Source of the DNA: Adineta vaga
Lineage: Eukaryota; Animalia; Rotifera
Direction of reading: 5' to 3'
Length of the DNA: 64,000 bases
Assembly: GCA_021613535.1 (NCBI GenBank)
Contig: CP075493.1
Span: 4,402,001 to 4,466,000, forward strand
Numbering within the stretch: the first letter of the stretch is position 1; each line of letters opens with the position of its first letter. The notes below the pieces were generated by a model. That model worked only from the letters and a program-made list of their open reading frames with translations. It was not told the origin of the DNA and ran no database searches. The translations under genes were made by a program, and so were the position numbers. This document shows, piece by piece, positions 12,601 through 24,022 of this stretch.

Positions 12601-12756
12601 ATGAAGCTACCTAATATATACGATCAGATTAAAATTGGTAGAAAGAATTCATTAGTAAATGCTCAAATGGACGCCATAAGAAAAAGTGAAGAACTATTTA
12701 TGAAAGAACACGAGAAACATATTCAGTCCACCGACATTGTCACGGGAAAATTTTAA
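9649..12756 (+). CDS. Stonustoxin-like (MACPF/CDC-type) domain + helical linker + AIG1/septin-like GTPase fusion protein
   Basis: N-terminal HRLALNQSMAIGSFYDAKSD and VSHVLTEIQYG resemble the stonustoxin ALGRPFxLGMLYDAR and ATHVVTGILYG motifs (recalled from memory). GTPase motifs GPSGVGKS and DTPG. Starts MGTVSS. Confidence 0.8.
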   Translation: MGTVSSKLNWNHSTAKISFEVPDSSQTVSLAPDIHRLALNQSMAIGSFYDAKSDRFLERLLLEISPQKLTSKDAKPIVRVGKVKDRTLPDIINIDKELFLSVYFRITPANGVALLIQDSFIIDEHTRYLSYYYPTSKESFADNESNIKTSKKLKKSLNNIAVSHVLTEIQYGIHTVMIIQVTPMYASKIDELLETIRNQLIGTDTIMLNENEQELLEKYTSRKIFSNVPDPVTSTRLLDLFDNLSKLRTHSSQFPSIEYTFRPIRSICPWYSEEKVKYISLDSSLMNEIETYLNQLELCRRQLHIPVDSTMHTTITKHFGQQYEVVQEQISKIEGLRKSSITTLREYILEIRRGDSKLSVPSMELPINVDDRKTLETISNALQQRDALIQKVKLICTLEKQNAVYWNVKNSAFSDDVNLQTIEVEMLERARGIPIFCFSDKLKDQFPLEWNEFYKKSNDTQNSNKIIYADFSYCSFELSIMKILTPDQTCTQQKNMLKEPVHDITPSASKKVRLDDTNPLPADNFINLLLLGPSGVGKSTFINAIVNYFHFDTLAKARSHHPIALMPVSFIITEGHHFQERLITFGQQDPNEDHHHPGQSVTQQCRSYVFSISNHTKIRIIDTPGMGDTRGIDQDDDNMQHILSFISNLSHINAVCILLKPNESKLNVVLRSYFTRLLGFLGEKVRENIVFCFTNTRSTFFAPGDTGPLLREMLKSSSIKNIPFEKRNTFCFDSESFRYLIARENDVKFDDYQKQEYEQSWIKSSKESQRLIAYICTDMKCYSKDEWKSIEHAQFEINRMVRPMLETIRNTMRNTIILQKDSPQPLIQLEAQSIGKNMIVCPTGKRRSKLIRGFLILLNEPHASLDPCDRCSGTLSEHFKIDYELKYRDLEKAEQIPTMKEIQTTEEQLKQLIINFGKFFKNVVHLSEKADSISNTLKEIIDEEEYLSSQKESRNFNSYLCQKLKVLRQDYERVWTERRTIEEPMKLPNIYDQIKIGRKNSLVNAQMDAIRKSEELFMKEHEKHIQSTDIVTGKF
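11205..12089 (+). repeat. Near-identical direct repeat, copy 2 (copy 1 at 7792-8676)
   Basis: Direct comparison gives ~99% identity; the flanks are unrelated. Confidence 0.95.
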
Positions 12757-12796
12757 ATCATATATGCGTAATAAATATCGGTATCCTTGTCTCCAG

Positions 12797-15700
12797 CTAC
12801 TCTTTCCCACCAAAAAATGATCGTATTCGCTGAAAAATGGATCTAAAATAAGAAATATCATTACTCTCAGATAAGAATGAATTATCAAATAATTCCATCA
12901 TTACTTTCGGTTTGTTGGTTGCGTAGGTTTTGTTATCTATAGACAAAGAAAATGATATAATTAAGATGATATGAAGAATGAATCTGATGATATTCCTAAT
13001 ACTTTTTTCTCAGGTAAGATAATTGGTGTGACTTGAGATTCTGATGAACATGATCTCTGTAAATAAGGAAATGATTAAGGAAGAAAATTATAAAATATAT
13101 TCATACTTGATGAAGAGCTATTTCGTCTTTCAAATATTCAATTTTACAATCTTGACAACTTCGAAAAGAAATCGAAATAAAAATATAATACGAAGTTTCA
13201 TCTGTCGTATATTAATCATTAAATACATACGTAACACAAACATGTCCGAGTCGAGTATGCATTTCTGGAAAGTTAAATCTTACTTCAGGTTGTGCAAACC
13301 AACAATCATGGATAATAGACCAAATTTGATTGTTACACATCTGCGGTCGAATTAATTTTTCTCCATTGATTATACATTGTCTTACATCATTATCATCTGC
13401 AATAGCTGCATAAGGAATGGTTCCTGTTGAATACGCTTCCCACATCAATACACCCATTGAATAGATATCAGATAGAGCAGAATATTTTCCTCCTCCGAGA
13501 ATTTCTGGCGCACAATATCGAATTGGAATTATAGTCTCCCTGTTATTTCTATTTGAAGAATCATCTTTACATGCTTGACTGAAATTTGTTATTTTTACTA
13601 AATTTTCTTTTGGTTTCGAGGAATTCATCTGAAAAACCAATATGTTTTTGCAACATAAATTGCCATGTACTATATGTTTATTGGCCATATAAATCATGGC
13701 GTCGATAATTTGTAAGAAAATATGAACAAGAACGTTTTCCTTCGGTTCATATTGTTTTTTTTGTAATAATACTTGAAGATTACCATGTGGAGCACATTCT
13801 TGAACTAATATTGTTACTCGTGGATTATTTCTAATTAAACCGAAACTGCAAATAATATGAGATTCTTCAGATTTAAATTTCAAATAGTATGGCACCTCTT
13901 GGCTAGCTGTTTTTTCATTCATAATAATCACCAGTATGGATGGAATTCTATTCGGTATCCATTCTGCTGCATGAAACACTTTTCCAAATTTACCATGAAG
14001 TTTTTCATCAATTTTAATGTGAACATCTTTTTCATATTGAAAAATTTGATCATCTCTAAAGAAGAAGACACTCTCAGATTGTATTCGGAAGGAAACAACT
14101 TACTTCAGATTGTGTGGCGACAAAAAACTTTTAATTTCTTCGAAATTGTATCGTAATGTTGGTTCATTATACCAACAACTTTTTATGATTTCCCAAATTT
14201 TTTCATTGCATAACCATGGCTTCGATAGTTTTTCTCCATTCAATTTTCGCTGTTGAACTTCACTATTCAACTGACAAGTATGATAGGGAATTTGTCCATT
14301 CGAGCATGCTTCCCACATTAATACACCCATGGAATAAACATCTGATAATTCTGAATAATTTGATCGACCAGCACTTCGAAGAATTTCCGGTGCGCAATAA
14401 CGAATGGGAAGTTTTGATCGTCTTTCTGTTGAAACAGACGGATCATTTCGTTGTGCTGATGTAAAATTAGTTAATTTCACAAGATTTTCTTCTACTATTG
14501 TATCATTCTTTTTGAAAACAAGAATATTTGCGCAACGTAAATCACCATGAACAAAGTTTTCTTTTGTAATATAGATCATCGCATCAATAATTTGTCGAAA
14601 GATTTCAATCAAAACATTTGTTAATGGTTGAAACTGATCCTTTTCCAATAGAACTTGTAGATTTCCGTATGCTGCACGTTCTTGTAAGACAAGAATTGAT
14701 TGAAGATTATTTTCAACAAAACCAAACGTATCGATAATATGAGGATGAGATTTCATTCCATTATATAATGAACATTCCCATTCATTTGGTTGTTGATTTA
14801 ATTTAATTAAAACAATGTCTTGTTCTTGTTTTGTTATCCATTGTGCTTGATACGTTTTTCCAAAACTTCCATTTAAAGATTCCTTTGCCATTTGAACATC
14901 AATATCCAAACGATATTTACATACAATGGGTAACCTTAAAGAACATATTGTATTACTGAATTGATGATACTCAAAAATCTTTCTTACTGATGTATTACTG
15001 TCGATATTTGAGTATCTGATAATTCGACAATTATCACTTCTGATAATTGTTCTTTCATTTGTACAAAATTAATTCGTTCTGTAGGCTTAAAAGACCAAGA
15101 TTTTCCCATAATCTTACAAAATTCACGATCACAATTTGATGGTGGAACTAATTTTTCATCCTTTAACTTCTTTTGTTTGACATCATCATCCGAAGAAATA
15201 GATGAATAAGGTATTTCACCTGTTGATAATGCTTCCCACATGAGAACAGCCATTGAATAAACATCTGATTTTTCCGAATAATTTGATTGAGGATTATCTT
15301 GAAGTATTTCAGGTGCACAATAACGAATTGGAATAATTGATGAATTGTCTACAGTCGAAGGAAAACGAGCTAGACCAAAATCAGTGATTTTAACTAAAAT
15401 ATTTTTTGATTTCAATGATTTGATTTGATAAACGAGAATATTTCGACAAGCTAAATCACCATGTACAATCGATTTACTAGCAATATAAATCATTCCATCA
15501 GTTATTTGAGAGAAAATTTCCAGGAACATCGATGAACAAAAATGAATTTCATTATCCATAAACATATTTGCTAGATCACCATATTTGGCATATTCCTGTA
15601 CATATATTGTTAAATTTGAAGTATTTTCTATTTCACCAAATGTACGAATAATATGATCATGATTGTTCAGCTCTCGATAAAAACGAGCTTCACGTTCAGC

Positions 15701-15862
15701 AATTTCTCGATTCATTTCAACAATAATCACACGTCTCTCTTTTCCAGTTATCCATTGACCAGTATAAAGAAATTTTCCCGACAGTCCATATAACATTGGT
15801 CCTCGTTGAATATCAATATCATACTGAAATTTTTCGAATTTTAATTTGGATTTAGTTGCCAT
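12797..15862 (-). CDS. Triple tandem tyrosine-kinase-like/pseudokinase protein with C-terminal C2HC zinc finger, ~904 aa; 7 exons: 15862-14988, 14934-14104, 14055-13231, 13158-13107, 13056-13003, 12936-12905, 12842-12797
   Basis: Three kinase folds (HGDLACRN/DFG, HGDLRCAN/NFT, HGNLCCKN/NFS), each with PIRYCAPE and SDVYSM/SDIYSM. All six GT-AG introns preserve frame. The tail reads CQDCKIEYLKDEIALHQRSC...SIFQRIRSFFGGKE*. Confidence 0.85.
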
Positions 15863-16350
15863 TCGTATTAGATGACAATATTCTTATCTTATAGAATTTT
15901 AAACTGAAAATTGGTAGTTACCTATTAAAAGAAAATAAATAGTCGTGTTTTGTTCTTATCAAATTATGCCGTCTGATATCGTTACAACACGTTTTGACTA
16001 AAATGGCTTTGTTTGTCACGTTTATAAAACGAATATATGTATTATTCTGTGAGAAAGTTACTAGTTTGAATAGTATAGACAATTCAACAGGAGAAAGAAA
16101 CAATTTTTTTCTGTAAAATTAGTAGTGTAGGTTTATAGTGATTACGACAAAGTAATAACATTTTCTTTTATTATGAAAAGAGTAAGAGAACAAACTTTGT
16201 TTTGTCAACATCATCGGCGTGATTCTCTTTTTTTTGCCTACTTGAAGTTGTATAGACGATCAACCACTCATACGACTTTATTTCTTTTTACCGGCGAAAA
16301 GAAAGCGCCATCATTATGAGGTTATTTATGTTTTGATTTATATTTGTAGA

Positions 16351-19300
16351 ATGACATCAAATTCAGACGTTATTGAACGAAAAGTAGTGGATGTATCGGG
16401 TCGATTAGGTTCATTGTATGACGCAATAATCGATGATATCGTGAAACAACACTCAATTCAAGCAACTAGAACGCAAAAATTGGAAAAATCTTCTGTTTGT
16501 CAATTATTTGAAGGTAGTAGATCAAGAAATGGAATTGATTATTTCAACAAAATGGATATCGATGATGCTATGCAAACAAGTATTCTACTTGACTTGGTTC
16601 ACACATCAGGAGTGAGTTGTCTGGCTAACTATTATGACTGTATCGATCAAAATACTCGATTTTTATATTATTCATACAGAAGTAAACAGGAAGAATTAGA
16701 TATTACATCGCAAAATGTCAAAGAAATTCTTCCAAATCCATCTCTTTCAACGACCGCAACTCACGTAATAAATAAAATTGTATGGGGTTTTGAAATTTTA
16801 TGTATTATTCAAATTTCAACACAGCAATCTTCTGAAAAAATTGATGGTTTTTTAGAACGTGTCTCCAATCAGTTAAAGAACTATGAGGAATCGTTGACAA
16901 TCACTGATGATGAAAAGCAACAGATAAATGAACTGAAAACTGTTGTTGTATATGGTTCGGAAACATGCGTAGAGAATGCACATGTGCGCTTACTAGATAT
17001 TCTTTATGGTATACAAGGCTGGAAGAGACATGATAACTTTCATCATCCTCTAAAATATACGATGCGTTGTTTGAATGGACTTTATGGCTACAAACACTTT
17101 CCAAAATTAGCTGAGTTGTCTACTGACAATAATAATACTATTGAACAGATGAAATCTACAATCACATCGCTGAATGGCCCCATGAAGTATTATAAAGTAC
17201 TGTTTGACAAGTTACCTAAAGAATTTAAAAAACCAACGCTGAATCAAATGTTGAAAGACGCTAATCAGTATTATAATGCATGCGTTTCTAAATTTAAAAT
17301 AATACGACAAAATCATCACAAATTGCTAACCAGTATACGGCAAGGACAATACAATCGCTCAGAACTAAACAATTTGATGGCAGACGAACAGTATTCATCA
17401 AAAGAAATCGGCGAAATTCACAATCATATTAGAAAAACTTACCAGTTGCTATTGAAAGAAAACTTGATCGAACAACTGAGTAAAGACAATATTCGATATA
17501 TCAACGTTTTAGATCTTCAGTGCGATGGAAGAGTATCTATTACACTTGAGCGTGTTGAAAATGTAATTCGGCAGACTTTGGCAACTGGCAAGACTCATGT
17601 ATTCGTTTTACATTCTACTGATAACTTAATGCATAAAGATCGTAATCGATGGAACTCATTCTATGAACAACTAATTCTGAAACGGCAGCAAACAACAGAT
17701 ACAACTGAGTTAGTCTATGTGGATTTTACAGAGTGTTCACACATTTTAGAAGAGTTTATTACACCACGATTGCTAACGGATTTTTCATCACAAGCTTTGA
17801 GTAATTATCCTACAGATACAAATCGAAGCTTTGAACCAATATCAACAGCTTCATCGGTAACTGAAATAAAAATATTATTAATCGGCGAGAGTGGATGTGG
17901 CAAATCATCATTTATCAATGCATTTGTCAACTATCTATTCTTTGATTCTCTTCAGCAAGCTGAACAAAGTCAACCAATAGTTCTAATTCCAGTTTCATTT
18001 CTTCTGACGACTGGTGATCAATTCGAAGAGGTTACTGTTAAATTTGGTGAGGCGGATGGCAATGAAAATTTTGAACACATAGGCCAATCAGTTACACAAC
18101 AATGCAGATCTTATCTATTAGAATTAAATGACAAAATTCATTTACGTTTTATTGATACACCTGGCATGGGTGATACTCGTGGTATTGATCAAGATGAGAA
18201 AAATATTCATCATATTTTAACATATGTTAATAATTTATCCCATTTAAATGCTATTTGTTTATTACTTAAACCGAACACTTCTCGATTAAATATCTTCTTT
18301 CGTTCATGTGTTCATCAGTTATTGACTTATTTGACGCCTGTTGGATATCGGAACATCATCTTTTGTTTCACCAATGCGCGTTCGACGTTTTTCGCTCCAG
18401 GTGATACTGGTCCATTACTTCGTAAAATGCTTCAACAAGAACCGTTCACCGATGTACCATTTAGAAAAGAGAATACATTCTGTTTTGATAGTGAATCATT
18501 TCGATATCTGGCAGCTAGAAAATGTCACGTGACTTTTGATACATTTCAAATGGAAGAATATCAACAAAGTTGGACGAAATCGGTGTCCGAATCTCATCGT
18601 TTACTTCGTTTCATCAAAACACGCGACGCATATATTTTAGATGAATGTCCATCTCAAAGAAAATATACCTTTGAAATTTCTCTGCTCGCTCGACCTCTCA
18701 TGGAAACGTTACGTTTATTTATCTACAACTGGAAATTACGTGCAACTGGCCATGTGACTCAGCAAATCATACTAGAACAGTATCCTATCAACGGTAAACT
18801 ATGTACAAGTTGTGCACAGAATGACATTGTAAATGTTCATCCGTTTTGGATCGTTCAATATGGATCTGCAAAAGATAATAACAAAGAGCCATGCTTTTGT
18901 TCTGCAGAAGACAGCCAATTTTTACTTGAATACTCTGTAAAGCATTCGATTGATTCTTCTCAAGTTGATGTGTCAAGTGAAGAATTTGAAAAGAAATATC
19001 ATGGTTTTCTGTACCAATGCGATAAACTTGCGTATTTCTTCCGACAACAAGGACTTCCAAATCAAGACGACCCGTTCACATCTATCCTTGATCGATTCTT
19101 GGATGAAGAGCGTCATATTTCTGAAAAGAAATGTAACAAGGGAAAACTAAACAAGGGAATAAATGACGAATTACGTGCTATAAAACGACAACGTCAACAG
19201 AATAAAAAAAGGTTGATTGATTTGGACGAGAAATTATCATTGCATGACGTTTATCTAGTTATAAGCTCTTTAAAATCCATGCCGGAAATTCGTAATCAAA

Positions 19301-19404
19301 TTGAATGTATTCAAATAAGTCGTCGATTGAAGATGGAAGAAACTGAACATCGAGTGAAAATACCGTCAATCAATAACAAAATATTAGCTAGTATTACTGA
19401 TTGA
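16351..19404 (+). CDS. Stonustoxin-like (MACPF/CDC-type) domain + AIG1/septin-like GTPase fusion protein
   Basis: N-terminal GRLGSLYDA, ATHVINKIVWG, ITDDEK and HPLKYTMRCL; then GESGCGKS, GQSVTQ, DTPG and FCFTN. First ATG at 16351 (the ORF track starts at an upstream TTG). Confidence 0.82.
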   Translation: MTSNSDVIERKVVDVSGRLGSLYDAIIDDIVKQHSIQATRTQKLEKSSVCQLFEGSRSRNGIDYFNKMDIDDAMQTSILLDLVHTSGVSCLANYYDCIDQNTRFLYYSYRSKQEELDITSQNVKEILPNPSLSTTATHVINKIVWGFEILCIIQISTQQSSEKIDGFLERVSNQLKNYEESLTITDDEKQQINELKTVVVYGSETCVENAHVRLLDILYGIQGWKRHDNFHHPLKYTMRCLNGLYGYKHFPKLAELSTDNNNTIEQMKSTITSLNGPMKYYKVLFDKLPKEFKKPTLNQMLKDANQYYNACVSKFKIIRQNHHKLLTSIRQGQYNRSELNNLMADEQYSSKEIGEIHNHIRKTYQLLLKENLIEQLSKDNIRYINVLDLQCDGRVSITLERVENVIRQTLATGKTHVFVLHSTDNLMHKDRNRWNSFYEQLILKRQQTTDTTELVYVDFTECSHILEEFITPRLLTDFSSQALSNYPTDTNRSFEPISTASSVTEIKILLIGESGCGKSSFINAFVNYLFFDSLQQAEQSQPIVLIPVSFLLTTGDQFEEVTVKFGEADGNENFEHIGQSVTQQCRSYLLELNDKIHLRFIDTPGMGDTRGIDQDEKNIHHILTYVNNLSHLNAICLLLKPNTSRLNIFFRSCVHQLLTYLTPVGYRNIIFCFTNARSTFFAPGDTGPLLRKMLQQEPFTDVPFRKENTFCFDSESFRYLAARKCHVTFDTFQMEEYQQSWTKSVSESHRLLRFIKTRDAYILDECPSQRKYTFEISLLARPLMETLRLFIYNWKLRATGHVTQQIILEQYPINGKLCTSCAQNDIVNVHPFWIVQYGSAKDNNKEPCFCSAEDSQFLLEYSVKHSIDSSQVDVSSEEFEKKYHGFLYQCDKLAYFFRQQGLPNQDDPFTSILDRFLDEERHISEKKCNKGKLNKGINDELRAIKRQRQQNKKRLIDLDEKLSLHDVYLVISSLKSMPEIRNQIECIQISRRLKMEETEHRVKIPSINNKILASITD

Positions 19405-19629
19405 TTTTCATATCAGTTTGTAAAATAAACGAATATCTTACTTTGTACTCATAGAGATCTTAAAATAGTGCGACATACAGTTATGTTATGAACAGTTTTA
19501 GTAGCAAGTTCTTTTTCATATTCATTATTTGTTATCTGCTCTTTGTTTAAGAGTGCTCCAAAATATCGTGCTCGAATTACTTTTATACTTACTGATATCT
19601 CATGTCAATTTGAAATGATTATTATATTT

Positions 19630-19669
19630 TAGGATGTAGGTGGCAAATCCGCATATCACTTACACCCTA
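19630..19669. repeat. Short imperfect inverted repeat / hairpin
   Basis: taggatgtaggtg ... cacttacacccta (11/13 complementary). Confidence 0.35.
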
Positions 19670-19887
19670 TATCTAATAAAAACTACAGAAATCATTCCAC
19701 TAATGTGTACTTTGTACGGGTTACCACTTACATATGTATGGACTACTAATAGAGAGAATAAGAACATACTGTCGATTTATTAAACAAATAATGCAGGAAA
19801 TTCTGCCTTGTTCTACTTATCAATCATTTCAAAAATAACAAAAGGAGAGCGCAATATTAGAAGTAAAAAATTTTAATTCATTCTTTG

Positions 19888-21746
19888 TTATGCCAGAATT
19901 CTCTCCAGATCTACCATTACAGATGACGATGCAGCTTTTTGTGGTAAACTCACTGCTTGTTCTCGACTCTGATTAAACTTCTGTTGTACACGTTTCAATT
20001 CATCAACTTGTGCTCGAATTTTTCTACCATTAATTGGCAATCGATAAAGTTTGCCAACAAGACCAAATATCTCTTCAGATGTCATCGTATTCGTAGATGT
20101 TGATGATAATGTTGTTTGTTTAATTCTCATTCCTTTCTGAATAATATCCATTTCATGTTTATAATCTGCTAATAATCTCTCTAGCCCATTAATAACATCA
20201 TCGTTTTGAGCTCCAGCATTTCTTTTTGTTTGTTCTTCTCGAATAAAATGTTGAATATATTCAATAATATCATCATTTATTGGATTTAAAGCATTTACAC
20301 GAAGAAATTGTGTTAACTGTGTACAGACTTTAATGATCTCCACTTGCTCATTTTCTAAATCTTGAATTCGTTTTTGAATAGCTTCAAGAGGAGATTGAAC
20401 AGTTTTGCTGCTACTTATATCAATATCAGTCATAAATTTACGAACTTCATACATAACATGCATATGTTGTTTCCATATACAGCCACATACTTTACAATTG
20501 ACTTAAAATGAAATCATATATATATATATTTCTGAAGCAAATTTTCAATTCTCTCACGTGTTTTCTGATTCATAGCAGAACATTGTTGTAATTTTTCATC
20601 ACCAATTGCTTCTTTTTGAACTCCTTGCAGAAAACAATGCTCATGACAATGACTTACATAATTTACTTTTTCCATTCCATCAATTCGAATTACTTCCGTA
20701 CATTGACTTGTATTAGCGCATACTGTTCTTGGATATCCTAATGAAATAACTTCAGCATCTTTCTGTGGCATGATTAATGGTGTTGCACATCGATTAGACA
20801 GAACACTTTTTCTATGTTGTTCGGCAAGTTGTCGATTTTCTTGAATTAAAGTAGAAATCTCTGCAGCAGGTCTTGACAATTTTCGAATTAATTGTTGTGC
20901 TTCATTTAAAGAAAGTGTATCCCGAGTAGCATGTTTATCGCATTTAACAATGCGGGCCATCAAACGTCTGAATTCTTGAATCGTATAATTCCAACTTCGA
21001 TTATAATCTTTTCTTTCTATGTCTTCAAATGTAATACCATTTTTACATAAAGCTAAAAACCGAAATGCTTCATTATCGAATATAAATGAATTTTCTTTTG
21101 AAAATGGAATCTCATTTCCGGATTGATCTTTAAGTGTTCGCAGAAGTGCTCGAAGTAGAGGTGCTGCTGGTCCCGGTTGATAGCTAGTAGATCGAGCATT
21201 GGTAAAAATAAACATAATATTTTCTTTTGCATGAATATGTAAATGTCGAAGTAATTCTTTGATGCAAAATCTAAAGAGAATATTTAAACGTTCTTCACTT
21301 GGTTTGAGTAATATACATATACCATTTAAATAGTCGAATTGAGCAATATAAGCAAGAATATCTTCAAAATTTTTCTCATCTTGAAGAACACCTTGAGTAT
21401 CACCAATACCTGGTGCATCGATTAAACGTAATTTTCTATTGTTGATAGTAAAAACAAAGCTACGACATTGACTCGTACATGATTGACCAACAGATCCTTT
21501 CTTTTCACTTTCATCTGGTGTACCGATCATAACAGTCTGTTCTTCAAATGTATTTTTATCCATAAAAATAAACCAGGCAGGTATAATTGCTTGTAATGCT
21601 CCAGCAATAGCTTCATCCAAAGAATTATAAACAAGATAATTAGCAAATGCATTGATGAAAGTACTTTTTCCAACTCCTGTAGGTCCTAGAAGAAGTATGT
21701 TTATATCTCCAGTTGATGAACTATTATATTGCCATGATTGAGACAT
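19888..21746 (-). CDS. Stand-alone AIG1/septin-like GTPase with Cys/His-rich domain and coiled-coil tail; intron 20557-20502
   Basis: GPTGVGKS, GQSCT, DAPG and FIFTN motifs. Splicing restores CHEHCFL...CSAM...CKVCGCIWKQHMHVMYE. Confidence 0.87.
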
Positions 21747-21822
21747 GTTTTTAAAAAAAACAAAATCTGAAATATTTCGAAAAAAAAGTCAACGAAAAGA
21801 AGGAAATATAAAATATGATTTA

Positions 21823-23701
21823 TCATTTTTTATGATTTACAATATTTCGTAATGTCAAAAGAATCTGCGGAGAATTAGAATTCGTTGGCAGATCAACATG
21901 AATTTCATCCGTTGTAGCTGCTTGTGTTCGACCTTGTTTCATTCGTTCAACTTGATCTTGAATAAATTTACCGTTAATAGGTAATTCATAAAGTTTTTGA
22001 ACTAAATCATAGATTTCACTAATGCGTACTGTATTATCGAATCTTTCCGATGCATTAGAATCATCTTTAGCTGCAATACTATTTGTATATAACATCATTT
22101 CTTTATTGTAATCATCAATCATTTTTTCAAGACCATGAATAACTTCTAAATTGTCTGTTCCCGCAGTTTGTTTTCGTTTTTCTTCGTTAATATGATGTCG
22201 AAGATATTCAATCATATCATCATTATAGGTTGTAATAGAATATGCTTTGAGAAAATGACAAAGTTTAACGCAAATATTTCGTATAACTGCTTCTTCTTTC
22301 CGTAAATCCGATATACGTTTATCAATTAAATCCATAACTGATTGTGGTGTCTCAACTCGATCATTATCTAAGGTGACATAATCTAAATTTCTTTCGTATT
22401 TATATGTAATATGCATATGTTTCGTCCATTCACATCCACATTTTTTACAGAAACCTGTATAGAAAAGAAAGATAGATTTATGGTTGATGAGACAAAATCT
22501 TCTAACACAACAAACCTGTTTTTTTCAAAGCTCGACAACCTCGTATAACTGGGTGCCCAATACATTCTTGTACTACGCGATGTAATGAGCAACCTACATG
22601 ACAGTTACTATTGTAGTTGACTCTTTGTTCACCACGAACGTTGATCATTTCAGTACATTTGTCGTTGACACAAACGGTTAATCGTTCACGAAGTGGAATA
22701 AATGTGCCAGTTTTTTGAGGAATTCTATTTGAAGTTTGACTTGTTTGTTGATTTATAATTTTTTCTTTGTAATGTTTAGCTAATAGAATATTTTCTTCAA
22801 TTAGTGTAACAATTTCTGCGACAGGTCGAGAAAGTTTATGAATTAAGATTTGAGCTTCATTTAAGGATAGAGTATCTTGTACTGCATGAAGATCACATTG
22901 AACTATACGAGTCAATAGACGACCATATTCCTCAACAGATTTATTCCACGAATCACTATAAGTTTTTTTCTCATTATCTAAAAAAGTTAATCCTTGCTTG
23001 CAAACAGCTAAATAACGAAATGATTCACTATCAAACATGAAAGTATTTTCTTTGGAAAACGGAACTTCTACACCTGCTTTTTCACGTAGTTCTCGTAAAA
23101 GAACTTTTAATAAGTTCGTTGTTGCACCTGGTCGAAAAAACGCTGCCCGAGAATTAGTAAATACAAACATAATATTATCTTTGGCACTGATATGTAAATG
23201 TCGAAGTAATTCTTTGATACAATAACGAAAATAAATGTTTAATCGTTGTTCATCAGGTTTTAAAAAAATACATATTCCATTTAAATGTTCATATTGATTA
23301 ATATAACGAAGAATATGTTCAAAATTTCTTGCTTCATGATCAACATTGCGCGTATCACCAACACCTGGTCCGTCAATAAGACGAATTATACGATTTCCAA
23401 CGGGAAAAATGTAACTTCGACAGGCTTGAGTCGATGATTCTCCCTCAGTTTCAGAACTTTCATTACTGTCCGGGTTTCCAACTAAAACTTTAGTACTTTC
23501 GAATGTCTCACTATTAGTCACTGCAAATGCCGAAGGAATTAAGACCTTTAAATCATGATTCAAAGCATCATCAAGAGTATTGTACCAAAGATAATTGATA
23601 AATGCATTGATGAACGTAGTTTTACCAACTCCAGTTTGACCTAATAGTAATATATTAATATCAGTTTCGGGAGAATTTCGTGTGCGACGATAGTAAGACA
23701 T
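21823..23701 (-). CDS. Stand-alone AIG1/septin-like GTPase, tandem paralogue of 19888-21746; intron 22515-22455
   Basis: GQTGVGKT, GESST, DGPG and FVFTN motifs. An intron at the same position as in the neighbour restores CKKCGCEWTKHMHITY. Probable start MSYYRR at 23701. Confidence 0.87.
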
Positions 23702-24022
23702 GTGATGTCTGGAATGAAAAAAAAAACTATGTAAAATGAATTTTTTGTCAAGTTGGAAATTTCTTTTCATGGTGTAGGAAGAAAACGTTTTTTTTCTTTT
23801 TTTCTTTTTCTTCTTCTTTTGTTACACAACTCTCTACTATTGACATTCCAACGAATCTCGTGCTCTATCAGGTAAGATTTGAAAATGTTGGTATGGATGA
23901 GAATAGTTGTAAACATTAGTTTCAGTTAAATCAACATCACTGATAAAAAATGCTTGTTTTATTAGCTATCTGTGAATAACTTTTTAGAAGTGTATATGTT
24001 GGGCATAAAGCATTAGTGAAAC

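Noticed and set aside
23702-23770. Longer N-terminus MKRNFQLDKKF... for the GTPase
   Set aside because: It runs through a polypyrimidine/AG acceptor-like tract, and the paralogue supports a start at 23701.
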